Shown piece by piece: positions 1-10,317 of a stretch of DNA of 64,000 nt. This DNA comes from Psammoneis japonica (lineage: Eukaryota), in NCBI GenBank assembly GCA_008632985.1, contig QPGO01000001.1, positions 962,404 through 1,026,403 on the forward strand. Reading direction: 5' to 3'. The position numbers and the translations under genes are program-made. A model generated the notes under the pieces. It saw only the letters and a program-made list of their open reading frames with translations. It did no database searches and was not told where the DNA came from. Position 1 is the stretch's first letter, and every line of letters begins with the position of its first letter.

Positions 1-299
1 CAGAATGTCACAAGTGTTGACAAAGAGTGCACAGATGTGGCATCTGTGGCCTCACTTCATTTCAATGGAGATGTTGCTGCAACAGTTTGATGAACGGGAG
101 GTCCTCATGTTGGGCAGCATTGCCACATGGACGCAATTGAGCATTTCTTAAGTTGTGCAATTGATGACAAGGATGTGAAGCTGCTGATCACTGCCAAAAC
201 GGTTTGCCATCACACTGCAATGCAACATCAATGGAAGCAAACTTCCAAGCACACCTTCAGCACAGTGATCATTTGAGTGTTGACTCCAATCCCAAAAAG

Positions 300-2620
300 A
301 CTCTCAAAACTGTTGTGAAGGATGTGAAGCGGGGAGGTGCTGTCCGTTTGACAAGAGCTTTTGACTCCATTTCTGCTCAACTGCCATGTGACACCTCACA
401 GGATCATTGACTTTGACCAACCCCACAAGATGCCAAGACCAATTTTTGACAGCTTGTTTTGACCGGAGAAGTGGAGCATGACTGTCAAAGACTGAATGTC
501 CAAGGACACAGAGCCACCCCTGTTGGACGAGAGCACAGAGATGGATCTCATGAAATGGATCTGCAATTTGCACATGTCCTGCAGTGAGGAGGAAATTGTG
601 ATTGGTGACATCAATGTCAGGGGAGCTTCTTGCAATGACAAATGCCCATCCAACTGGTTGCCATGCACACAAGTGTGCAGGCCAGTTTTGGCATTTGCAA
701 ACTGGGAACAACTTTGGGGACAATGCAAACCCCTTGAACTGGCAAGTTGTCACAATGGCTCATCAGCAGTTGTTGCAGACATTGTGGCATTCAGAGGGAG
801 TCATTGGCATGACTGCCTCATTTGTGCCACAAATTTGGTTCTGCCCGGAACCTGGTGATGAGGACATTGCATCTTTTGCACCGGCAATGGCAGACTCCAT
901 CAACAAGGGAGTGTGTGATGAGCACAGCCTCTGAACAGTGCCTCCATGCACACACCATGTTGATGACAATGTGTGTGTGCAGATGTTTGAGTGCACCTCC
1001 CATGAATGCCAACGGCAAGCGCACTGTCACCATTCTGTGCACTCTGTTTGGGCATGCCCTTCACATGGTGGGAAGGGCCTTCGACTCTCGTGCACTAGCT
1101 GTTGGAATGCTTGAAAGCAAAAAGGACCAACTTTTCAAGGCATTGACCACATGGATTGAACATGTGACCGCCTGTGACTTTTGGATGCTGCGGGCCTTAA
1201 CAGGCTGCTCAAGAATCACACAAGATGTGTGCAATGGGTGCACCCACTCTTTTTCACAATGCAGAATGACACACAGGCGGCTTTCAAGCAACACCATCAC
1301 ATCATTCATGATTGGTGGAATGAGGATGTCAAGGCAAAAAGCAAACTCTACACCAATTGCCCAATTCCCAGTGCAAGCAAGTTGATCAAATTGTTGCCAA
1401 GGAGATGGCAGCCCCACTCTGGCACACGCGAGCCAAAATCCACTGTTAGATGAACTTTGGCATTCACTGCACTTGATTCAGAATTGCCTGCAGACTCGTC
1501 CCAAGTCATTCTTGGAATGCATTGGGTTTGTCATCCCAAGAGACCCAGATGTCCGGAGCTGCAGAGATGCAAACATGGATCATGGGGGGGTGGCTTTTGC
1601 CCAACACTCCATTTCTGGTTTGACATGGGATGGAGCCCCACATTTTGCATGGTGTCAGGAATGCTGGGCCATCCACAAAAAAGGGCATCTCCATGTCAAC
1701 CAACAACCAACTGGGGTTCCTCATTGTCACTCTCCAGTTTGCAGGTGCAATGACACGCATTCGAACTGTGACATGGGAGCAAGCAGAAAGCTGTTTTCTG
1801 GATGGGGTCTCCCCCTTGGCCTGTGATGCTCTCCAAATGCAACAACACTGGTTCAGTGAAGTGGAGTGACAAGACCTTCACTGCATTGCTCTTGGCACAG
1901 GCCCTCACTGCCCATTTTTGTGAACTCTTGAAAACTTTGAAGATTGGACAAGATGCTTGGCACCTTGAGGGGATGCTGAACAAATTGGTGGATGCCATCT
2001 TGTGCCAATCTGACTGAGCTCTTCCTCTCTCCACTCGTTGTGCTCAGCTGTGTCAGAAGTGGCCTGTGATGAGGAACTCTGGAGCCATTTTCTCTCAAGT
2101 CTAGAGCTGCTGCAGGGCCTCTTCTGTGCTCTGTTCTCAGTCTCAACAGCTGTTCTGGTTGCAATTCCCAAGAATTTAGGATGCTTTGTTTTCACGCCAA
2201 ATCCATTGCTTCCGGTTTGCCCATGACGTGAATTGGCACAAAGATGACCCTGGCATGACAATGCAGAACCTGCCGCTGACACATTGCCAATGCATGTTGG
2301 CAATCTACATGGTGCACCTTGCACCCAGAAGTGCATTGTTTTGCAAACAGATCAAACTTGATGGGATCAAAAAACACCTGTTTGCAGTCGCAACTTTTTG
2401 TGTGCTTCATTTCTGCAGAAAGAGTTGGGACATTTGCAAGAGCAACCCAATGGACAAAGAATTTTGCCCTGTCCTGAAGGCAAGAGCAACCCAATGGACA
2501 AAGAATTTTGCCCTGTTCTGAAACGGTGTTCAAGCAGATTTGGGATTGTGAAGATGCACCTGACCGTCGGGAGCCTGTGACACCCGAAACAACAATGGAG
2601 CAAATTTGTTGCAGGGAGGA
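300..2620 (+). mobile_element. Decayed tyrosine-recombinase (Ngaro/DIRS-like) retrotransposon fragment: RT/RNase H-like and N-terminal YR-like remnants
   Basis: Broken ORFs include 'QALTAHFCELLKTLKIGQDAWHLEGMLNKLVDAIL' (resembles the DIRS-type RNase H end H.pG..N..aDa) and 'MLAIYMVHLAPRSALFCKQIKLDGIKKHLFAVATF...DRREPVT' (resembles the N-terminal part of the YR ORF). Many stops; TA and CG depleted. Boundaries approximate. Confidence 0.45.
2436..2523. repeat. Tandem duplication, 44-bp period, 2 copies
   Basis: gcaagagcaacccaatggacaaagaattttgccctgt starts at both 2436 and 2480. Confidence 0.9.
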
Positions 2621-2699
2621 GATCATGATGGAAAAAGCACCAGATGGACTCCTGGCAATCCAAGGTGACTGGAGCCAGGGCAGTGTGGGGAACATGCCC

Positions 2700-4290
2700 A
2701 GTCCAAGAATGGGACAAACCTGCAGAAGCCTCAGCAGAACAAAAGGAAGGAGACTGAAGCGTTCTGTTCACCGATGTTTGGATCCAAACCCGGGACAGGA
2801 AGCATCAGACAGGGGTGGATGTTGCCTCCACTCCTCTCACCATTGTTGAGTTTGTGTGGGTCAAATTCTGCATCCAGAAAAATGGGGACAATGGGCAAGA
2901 GATCAAATTCAAGTGCGTGGATGTGCTGACAGCCATGTGCCAGTCTTGGTGCTGCACCCCATGGCTTGAGCGGTCTGCAGGTGGAGAGTCTTGAGAATCT
3001 CAATCTGAACATTTCCTCATGATTCACTTTCATGTCTTTGTGGAATGATGGGGTGGATTTTGAGCAGTGGTGCAGTGAGATGTTCATGTGAGAACATGCA
3101 AGAGCATTTGTTTTGTGACTCTGCACTGCCACAGACTCAATTGGACAAGAGATGGACAGTCCTGCAAATTTTGTTGGGAGAACAACAAAGCTGTTCTTGT
3201 TTTTTCACACACTGGGGACTCAGCAGCCAACACTGGAGGAAACAAGCTCTGCAAAATGATTCTTGATGTTCTCAAGGTTGTGTTCTGGGACAATGTGCAA
3301 ATGAGAGCATTCTTGGAGTTCATGTCAGCAGGGTGGCATTTGTGCTTGGGACCAATGGTGCAAAGTGCAAAGCAAGAAAATGAATCTCAGAGGACAATGA
3401 ATTTGCCCACAGCAGCAGAGAGTTGCTGGCATGCTGAAGGGCACAAGCATGTTGGGGAGTTGAGCATTGAGCATTGGACCAGTGGAAGAAGGATCAGCCC
3501 ACATGCTGCCATGCCCAGTGGATCACCTTGGGTGGTGCTTTCCTTGCTGAAAAGGAAGGAGACTGTGCCAACGTGTCCATGGACAATTGGGGTCACCCAA
3601 TGCTCACAAAAAATTGACGACAACCTGCCCCAGATGGCCCATTGTGTCTCACATTGTGCAGCATCAAGGTCCCATTCAATTCATTTGCTCTGCTGGAGGT
3701 GTCAACAAACAGAAAACCACAGCCATCTTCAACCTTGTGTTGCTCCCAGAGCATGTTCACATCATGTGAATCTCACTCTTGACATCAGCACAGAGCTGAT
3801 CCATGCCACAGGCTTCCTTGGCTTCAGCTCTGCAGCTTCTGATGGCTGCCCAGATTTTTGTCTGGCACCAAGAGTGCCTTTGCTGTCATTGCTTGGCAGG
3901 CTGCTATCCACAGAGGACAAGACTCATTTGCCAAACAGTTTGTGAACATGCGCAATTCTTCCCTGAGCAAGAACCCGCTGGCTTTGCTGTGGCAGAGCAG
4001 CCACCATGACTCCACACAGGCATCTGACCCGACAAGTCCAACACCACTCCTCAACATTTTTCTTGTGATGGTTTCTGTTGCACCACCTGTGATGACAACA
4101 TCTTGAAGCTCCTCCAGCAGTTTGCTGAATTTTTTGTGAAATTGGTCTGCAAGAATTCTTCAATCAGGACATTTTGAGTGCATTGCATCTCAAGATGGGG
4201 CCATTGGTTCTTTCATCAATGTCATCCAGTGTGCAAGCAGCCCACCTTTTTTAACATTCAGAAATGCATTTTGCTGCATCCCACAAGTTT
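2700..4290 (-). mobile_element. Decayed non-LTR retrotransposon RT fragment (CRE-like)
   Basis: ORF 3387..3623(-) 'LFSKESTTQGDPLGMAACGLILLPL' matches the RT motif S.eGv.QGDPL.m..Y.l.l.Pl, with Y replaced by C. Boundaries approximate. Confidence 0.5.
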
Positions 4291-4293
4291 CCT

Positions 4294-5916
4294 CATGGTG
4301 CCGTTCTGTTGAATGTCTTGGCATGCTGCTCTCTGGTGATTTTTCCCTTTGTGAGATGGACTCAAGATGGCTTTCAAGAAGTTGTTCCATCACAAGAATG
4401 AGCATGTTGTGCTTGACCACACTCCAAGTTACATCTGTTTGCCTGGCAAACAGGGTTCTGACATTCTTGGCTCTTTTTGCATTGTGACCCTGCAGCAAAA
4501 CTGCCATTTGGAGTGCAGCAAACCTCTCTGAGCTCCAATTTTATGTCATGGGAATTTCATTTTTGGACACATCAAGCTGATTTTGATCTTTGATCATCTG
4601 AGCAAGAGCAGACACATGAGGACTGAAATCATTGCAAACAATCGTGTTGACATCATTGTTGATTCAACGGACGCTTGTGTCATTTGTCAACGGCTGTGTG
4701 TTCTGCATGAAAGAGCAATTTCTTGGTCGAATGCATAATTTCCTTGTTCTAAAAAACCCGGGTGTGGCGCCCTGGCTGGATTTGGCGCCAAGACTGAACG
4801 ATTCACTGGCCGGGTCGCGCCACAGGATCGATGAAGGGCTTTTTGCCGAGCATTGCTCGGATTTGCCAATCCAGTGTCTCCCTGGGTAGTTCCTGTCCAG
4901 ATTGGTTTGGCTGTGGGACTTCAAGACCAGACAACAAAGAAGACAGATGTGGTCAAGCGTTGGCGGTTCGCAGTGGCACGTGAAAAATGAGCGGTGGAGG
5001 GTGCAGGCGTTCCATCGGAGACTGGTGCAGCCAGTGGAACACGATCTGCGAAGTTGCGAATCGATGATGCCACATTGCATCCACACATGCTCCTGCTGTG
5101 CACTCCAACTACTTGAAAATTACGGACACATCTGTGAGCTGTGTTGTCTGCGCGCTTGTTGTTGTCGACTCTTCCAATTTTGGCTCAGCCAATTGCCAGA
5201 AAAAATGAATGATCATCTGGCGGTTTTCTCCGACCTGCTTTCATCGTCTAATCAATGTTTTGGGAAGTGACCATATGGGAAGACAAGAAAATTCTCACTG
5301 TCATTGTCACAAACTGCCTGCAAACTTGAGCCTTTCGTAATTGTTGCGGTTGTCGTTTGTTTTTACGTCTCTTTTTCCTGCCTCATTCCCACATGTTCAC
5401 AGCAGAAAGTTGCACCCCAACGTCACGTTTTGCGCCACTGGCTGCCAGCCACTAGAGAGGTATTTTAACAGATGACACGGCATTCAATCGTGACGGGATG
5501 CACATGCTGATTCTCACCATGCCCTCGCCAGGCACCACGGCCAAACACCTCCAGCCGCCAGCTCCTTTCATTTCACATTGGAGAGACACCAGTCGGTCAT
5601 TCTCATTGCAACAAGCAACACCATGGTGTCAAACACAACTGGTTTCACAGCACCTGATGGTGCAAACCCCACAAGAGATTTTGGAGCTGAGTTCCGTAAA
5701 CTGTGCAAACCGGTTGACCCTGCCAACCATGGTGAGTTCGAGGGCACAGTTTCAGCTCTGATCCAGGAGGCATCTCTGGATGAATCCGAATGCACCAAGC
5801 GATCTGCTCCAGTGGCTGTTCAGCGTTGTCGTCAAGGGGGGAAGACGTTCATGCTTCATGCTGTCGCCAGCACGCTGGAGCACTGCAAAGGCAACAGGCT
5901 CCCATCAGATACGATG
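4294..5916 (+). repeat. Copy A of a ~1.62-kb direct duplication flanking the Penelope-like element; holds a 3'-truncated, mutated 5' end of the gene at 11647
   Basis: Aligns end to end with 10316-11940 (catggtgccgttctg... to ...gatacgatg); offset 6022-6024. Confidence 0.95.
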
Positions 5917-6354
5917 TTTTGAGTTTTTTTGTTTCACATTTTGAGTTTGTTTACTTGCGCACTTGCTGCAGTAGAGTGTGCTTCTACATCTGACAGCAGC
6001 AACATCAACTCGCTCTTTCTCCAACACCGTTGGAGTTTTTTGAGTTGATGATGCCTCACTCATTCTCATGCGCGCTTCGCGTGCATTCGAGATCTATGAT
6101 CCACACGATTAACTCACCATGCGCACCGCGCACGGGTGGATCTTTCTGATGCGGCTTTTTCAACGCCTGTAACGTCAGCTGCGACGACAGCCGTAGAAAA
6201 ATGCCGATTTCGAATTTTTTAGCTCGAAAAACAGCCGACAACACTGATGAAGCGAAAGCGAAAGCTCACATCATCGAGCTTTGTATGTCAGGCAACTCTC
6301 AACAGATTGCTGTTGCGCCAAAGGCTGTCAGTGCATTGGACAACCCCGAAAACA
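5917..6354 (+). repeat. 5' pseudo-LTR of the Penelope-like element
   Basis: Runs from ttttgagtttttttgtttcac to caaccccgaaaaca; repeated at offset 3963. Confidence 0.9.
6234..6293 (+). ncRNA. Type I hammerhead ribozyme (copy 1)
   Basis: GCC-GACA-ACA | CTGATGA | A-GC-GAAA-GC | GAAA | GCTC-acatcatc-GAGC | TT | TGT-a-TGTC-a-GGC. Conserved core plus stems I, II and III pair. Confidence 0.75.
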
Positions 6355-6374
6355 GTGTGCACAGACTTCCAACA

Positions 6375-7780
6375 ATGACTGCAGCCAGCGCGTCCGCTCC
6401 GACAACCCCACCTGCTCGCAACAGACGAAACAACGCAGCCGCGCGCACCGTGCGATTCGCTGCCGCAGCAGCAGCGACAATGACGGCGCCTGCGGCGCCA
6501 CAGATCTTGGCAGCTAACCAACGTAAGTTGGACAAACTAGCCCCTTGTCGCGAAGCGATCGAGACGCAGCCAACAGGATTCAAGGACATTGTCGAGTCAC
6601 TGGCCACTCGCATGATCACTCAGTGCGGGCTTGTAAAGAGCAGAAAGCTGAGTCCATCAGCTTTCCCCGGCACTGATGACAATCCACACATCCCCAAATG
6701 TTGCAGGCTCAATGTGAACCTCACACATGCGGACCGGCTCAACGATGATGCCACTGCCCAAGAGCTCGTCCAGGAGATGAAAGACCTGGTTGCATGCTTT
6801 GAAAAGGATGCAGCCAAACTGCACACAAGATGGCCTCACGTGAACTTGAGGTTGTGAAAACCAACCGAATACGAGAATTGGTCGAAGCTAGCCTTGTTCT
6901 CTTCCAATTCTACATTGACCATGTAAAAGAGTTCAAAGGCTCTACAGACCCAACAATGCGTCAACTCAGTGGAGTGCTGCTCATGCCCCACTTGTGCGAC
7001 GTGCTGCCATCGAGCTTCCTGAGAGACTGCCTTGAGACTTCTCCCAAAGAAATCATCAAGGAAGTTGAACGCCAGCTTCGACATGAAGGACCCTTCAGTC
7101 CCGAAGACAGCACCCCTCCCTCAACTCAAGAGAGCACCGAAGACGTGCACACACAAGAGGATGCCACGCGCACTCAGGCCGCACTGGCAGCAAACTTGAA
7201 CCCCCTGCTCGAAAGTGAACACGTGAACCACGAACTTTCAACAGGTGAGAAAGTTGTAAAAGAAGAAGTGTTCAAGGAAATGAAACAGTTCTATGAACAA
7301 GTCACCATGCAATTGCAACACGCCCTGGACAAAGAAGAACGATTGAAATCGGTCAACGCCAAGCCAGAGGCAAAGTGGAAACGCTGCAAGAAGGAACAAG
7401 CAGCTGACCTCGTCGCAACAGCTCTTGAAAACGAACCGACAGTTCAATCCCCCGCCCTCGACGAGTTGATCAACAAAAAGATTGACAAAAAAGTCGCAAG
7501 CCTCAAAAAGCTCCACAAGAAGGCAAACCGTTGGCAAAAAAACGACAAGGGCGGTCGGGAAGCCCCACCGGCACGAAAGAACGACGCAGCAAAAGACAAC
7601 GAAATGCAAAAAGGAAAAGGAAAGCGGAAACGCCAACCCCAAGCCTCGAAGACGAATGGGAAACCATCCGCCAAGAGACAAAAGAACGAAGCCAAGAACC
7701 GCCATGGAAAAAGAAAAGGGAATCACGGAGGACAGCACAGAGGCGAGCAAAGAGGCAAGAGAAGCAACAGGCGAAACTAG
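6375..7780 (+). pseudogene. ORF1 of the Penelope-like element (helical/coiled-coil with basic K/R-rich C-terminus), frameshifted near 6830
   Basis: ORFs 6201..6857 and 6830..7780 overlap; heptad-like E/K/Q-rich segment and basic tail; lies directly upstream of the RT. Confidence 0.6.
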
Positions 7781-9794
7781 AGGCGAAACTCCTCTACCAA
7801 CGCACCGAGCTCCCCATCAAAATTGCCGAGAAACAATCGGACCGCCACTGCGTCAGAATCCATGGATTCATGCCAAATCCTGACGCCCCCCTGTGGGAAA
7901 ACGCAGCAACGGCTGTCGGCAAGATGAAAGCTACGGCATGCTTCAACCGCCTGGACAACATGTCTTACCATGACCTCTGTACAAAGCTGCAACCACCCCC
8001 GGGTGCTGGATTACTGTCAGGACTTGGACACAAGTTTTGTGTGGAATCAAGCACCCCGTTCCCACACAACTGCTGAGGCGCACAACGCTTCCGACGAACC
8101 ATGCGTCTGCGGAACTTTGTCGAGAACTCCGAACTCGTAAACGACGAAGACGGATGCAACCCACACCCACACGTCCCCTCTGATTTCGACCCTCCACCGA
8201 TTGAAGACGGGACAATAGAACTTCGAATGATGGACTTTGCAAACAAGACAGACAGAGCCAGTCGAACAGCCAACCGCCAACGACCCCACTTTAATTTGAC
8301 GCCTCAGCAGCATCGAATGCTGCGAACATTGCAAAACGACAGACGATTCGTCGTGTGTCTTATGGACAAGAATCTTGGTCCAGCCATCATGGAGCGCGAA
8401 GTGTGCATGAAACGGGCCCTCAGCGACCACCTGCTCAACCAGAAGAACTGCCAACGCCACACGGAACAAGAAAAGAACACATTTGTGAGAGCAACTAGAA
8501 GACGCCTACGCAACGCATGCCACCTTGCAGCCGACAGCCTCTCTGAAGCGGAAAAAACTTACTTCGAAAGAAGTTTCAAAAAGAAACACCGCACACCACA
8601 GTTCTGCATCACTCCGAAAGTCCACAAAAAACCGTGGACGACACGACCAACAGTGAGCTGCATCAACAGTGAAAATGAAGTGTTTTCAAAATGGTTGGAT
8701 TTCAAAATGAAAGAACTTCTACCCCCATCGCGAACGTACATCCGAGACTCTCACCAAGTCCTCGCCGACTTACGATCACTTGGAAAGCTGCCACCAGATG
8801 CCAAGCCATTCACAGTCGATGCAGCAGGAATGTGTGCCAATGTCAACACCAACCATGCTCTGGAAACATTCCACCGGTGGTTCCTTGAGTGCCCCAATGA
8901 GATGCCAAAAAACTTCCCAGTTGACTTCTTCCTCACCGCACTGGAAATCGTCATGACAAGAAACATCACCCAGTTTGACGACACCTGCTGGCTCCAAATC
9001 GATGGCACAGCCATGGGAACCAGCACAGCCTGTGTGCACGCCACCATGCCAAGGCTCTCCACGAATGCCAAAGTGTGCTGACCCGATTCAACTTGAACCT
9101 GCCCCATTGTGGACGATTCACAGATGACGCACTCGGCGAATGGACAGGCGGTGAAGGTGAAACATGGGAGAAGTTCAAACATGAACTGAATGACTTCGGC
9201 ACCTTGGAATGGGAAACCTCCGAGCTCAGTGACCAAGTTGCATTTCTGGATCTCGATGTCAAGATTGGAGCAAACCGGTGTGTTGAAACAAGAACGCACC
9301 AGAAGGCCATGAACCTGTGCCTCTGCACACCCCCAAGCTCAGCACATCCACCTGGAGCACTGAGAAGCATTGTGCATGGAAACCTTCGGATGCATCGGGC
9401 ACAAAATCCGAACAACAAGGATCACCAAAAAACAGTGGCCCAGTTCTTCAACCGGCTGACAGCGCGAGGCCACAACAGAGAGCACCTCAAGAACCTCTTT
9501 GTGGATGCAGCCGCCACTGTCCACCGGAAAAAGGCCCCATGCTCCAATGTCGCTGACCCATCCAACACTCTTTTCTTTCACCAAGAGTGTCACCCACGCA
9601 GGATGGCTCGCACTGAAACAAGAAGAGCATGTGAAAAAACCTGCGAAGGGCACAGCGGGTTCAACCGGTTGGCAGTGGCGCACTCAAGACCCAAAAATCT
9701 AAGAGACGCCCTCACACGAACACCACCAAAGGAACCCAACGGGCAGCATGCTTCAGACATCATTAAAAAACTCTCTGATGCACCGGAGCTCTGA
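7700..9794 (+). pseudogene. Reverse transcriptase ORF of the Penelope-like element, broken near 8076 and 9075
   Basis: ORFs 7531..8076, 8101..9081 and 9075..9794 carry RT motifs in order (DKNLG, PKVHK, RP.VS, GTAMGT, RFxDD, FLD). Positions normally Tyr read Cys/His. Start approximate. Confidence 0.85.
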
Positions 9795-9879
9795 TTGGCG
9801 ACTCCGTCGCGACGAGTCACCTCCGGCAAAAAACTCAAACGGGCTGCCTGCCGCGCCACGGCGCCACGGCTTGTGCCCG

Positions 9880-10317
9880 TTTTGAGTTTTTTTGTTTCAC
9901 ATTTTGAGCTCATTCACTTGCGTGCTTGCTGCAGTAGAGTGTGCTTCTACATCTGACAGCAGCAACATCAACTCGCTCTTTCTCCAACACCATTGGAGTT
10001 TTTTGAGTTGATGATGCCCCGCTCATTCTCATGCGCGCTTCGCGCGCATTCGAGATCTGTGATCCACACGATTGACTCACCATGCGCACCGCGCACGGGT
10101 GGATCTTTCTGATGCGGCTTTTTCAACGCCTGTAACGTCAGCTGCGACGACAGCCGTAGAAAAATGCCGATTTCGAATTTTTTAGCTCGAAAAACAGCCG
10201 ACAACACTGATGAAGCGAAAGCGAAAGCTCACATCATCGAGCTTTGTATGTCAGGCAACTCTCAACAGATTGCTGTTACGCTGAAGGCTGTTAGCACATT
10301 GGACAACCCCGAAAACA
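9880..10317 (+). repeat. 3' pseudo-LTR of the Penelope-like element
   Basis: Direct repeat of 5917-6354. Confidence 0.9.
10197..10256 (+). ncRNA. Type I hammerhead ribozyme (copy 2)
   Basis: Identical to 6234-6293. Confidence 0.75.

Larger units (their letters stand above)
5917..10317 (+). mobile_element. Penelope-like retroelement, apparently lacking the GIY-YIG endonuclease, with 438-bp direct terminal repeats (pLTRs)
   Basis: Direct repeats at 5917-6354 and 9880-10317, each with a hammerhead motif. ORF1 is followed by an RT ORF with PLE-type motifs 'FCITPKVHKKPW..RPTVS', 'QIDGTAMGT', 'RFTDD' (from RFIDD), 'FLDL' and 'SRPKNLRDAL'. Confidence 0.85.

Noticed and set aside
7238..7750. Antisense hydrophobic ORFs over ORF1, IWS1, hemC and other genes
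   Set aside because: Shadow frames of K/E-rich or conserved sense-strand coding sequence.
5917..10317. True LTR retrotransposon
   Set aside because: No TG...CA ends, PBS/PPT, integrase or protease; the RT motifs and hammerheads are Penelope-type.
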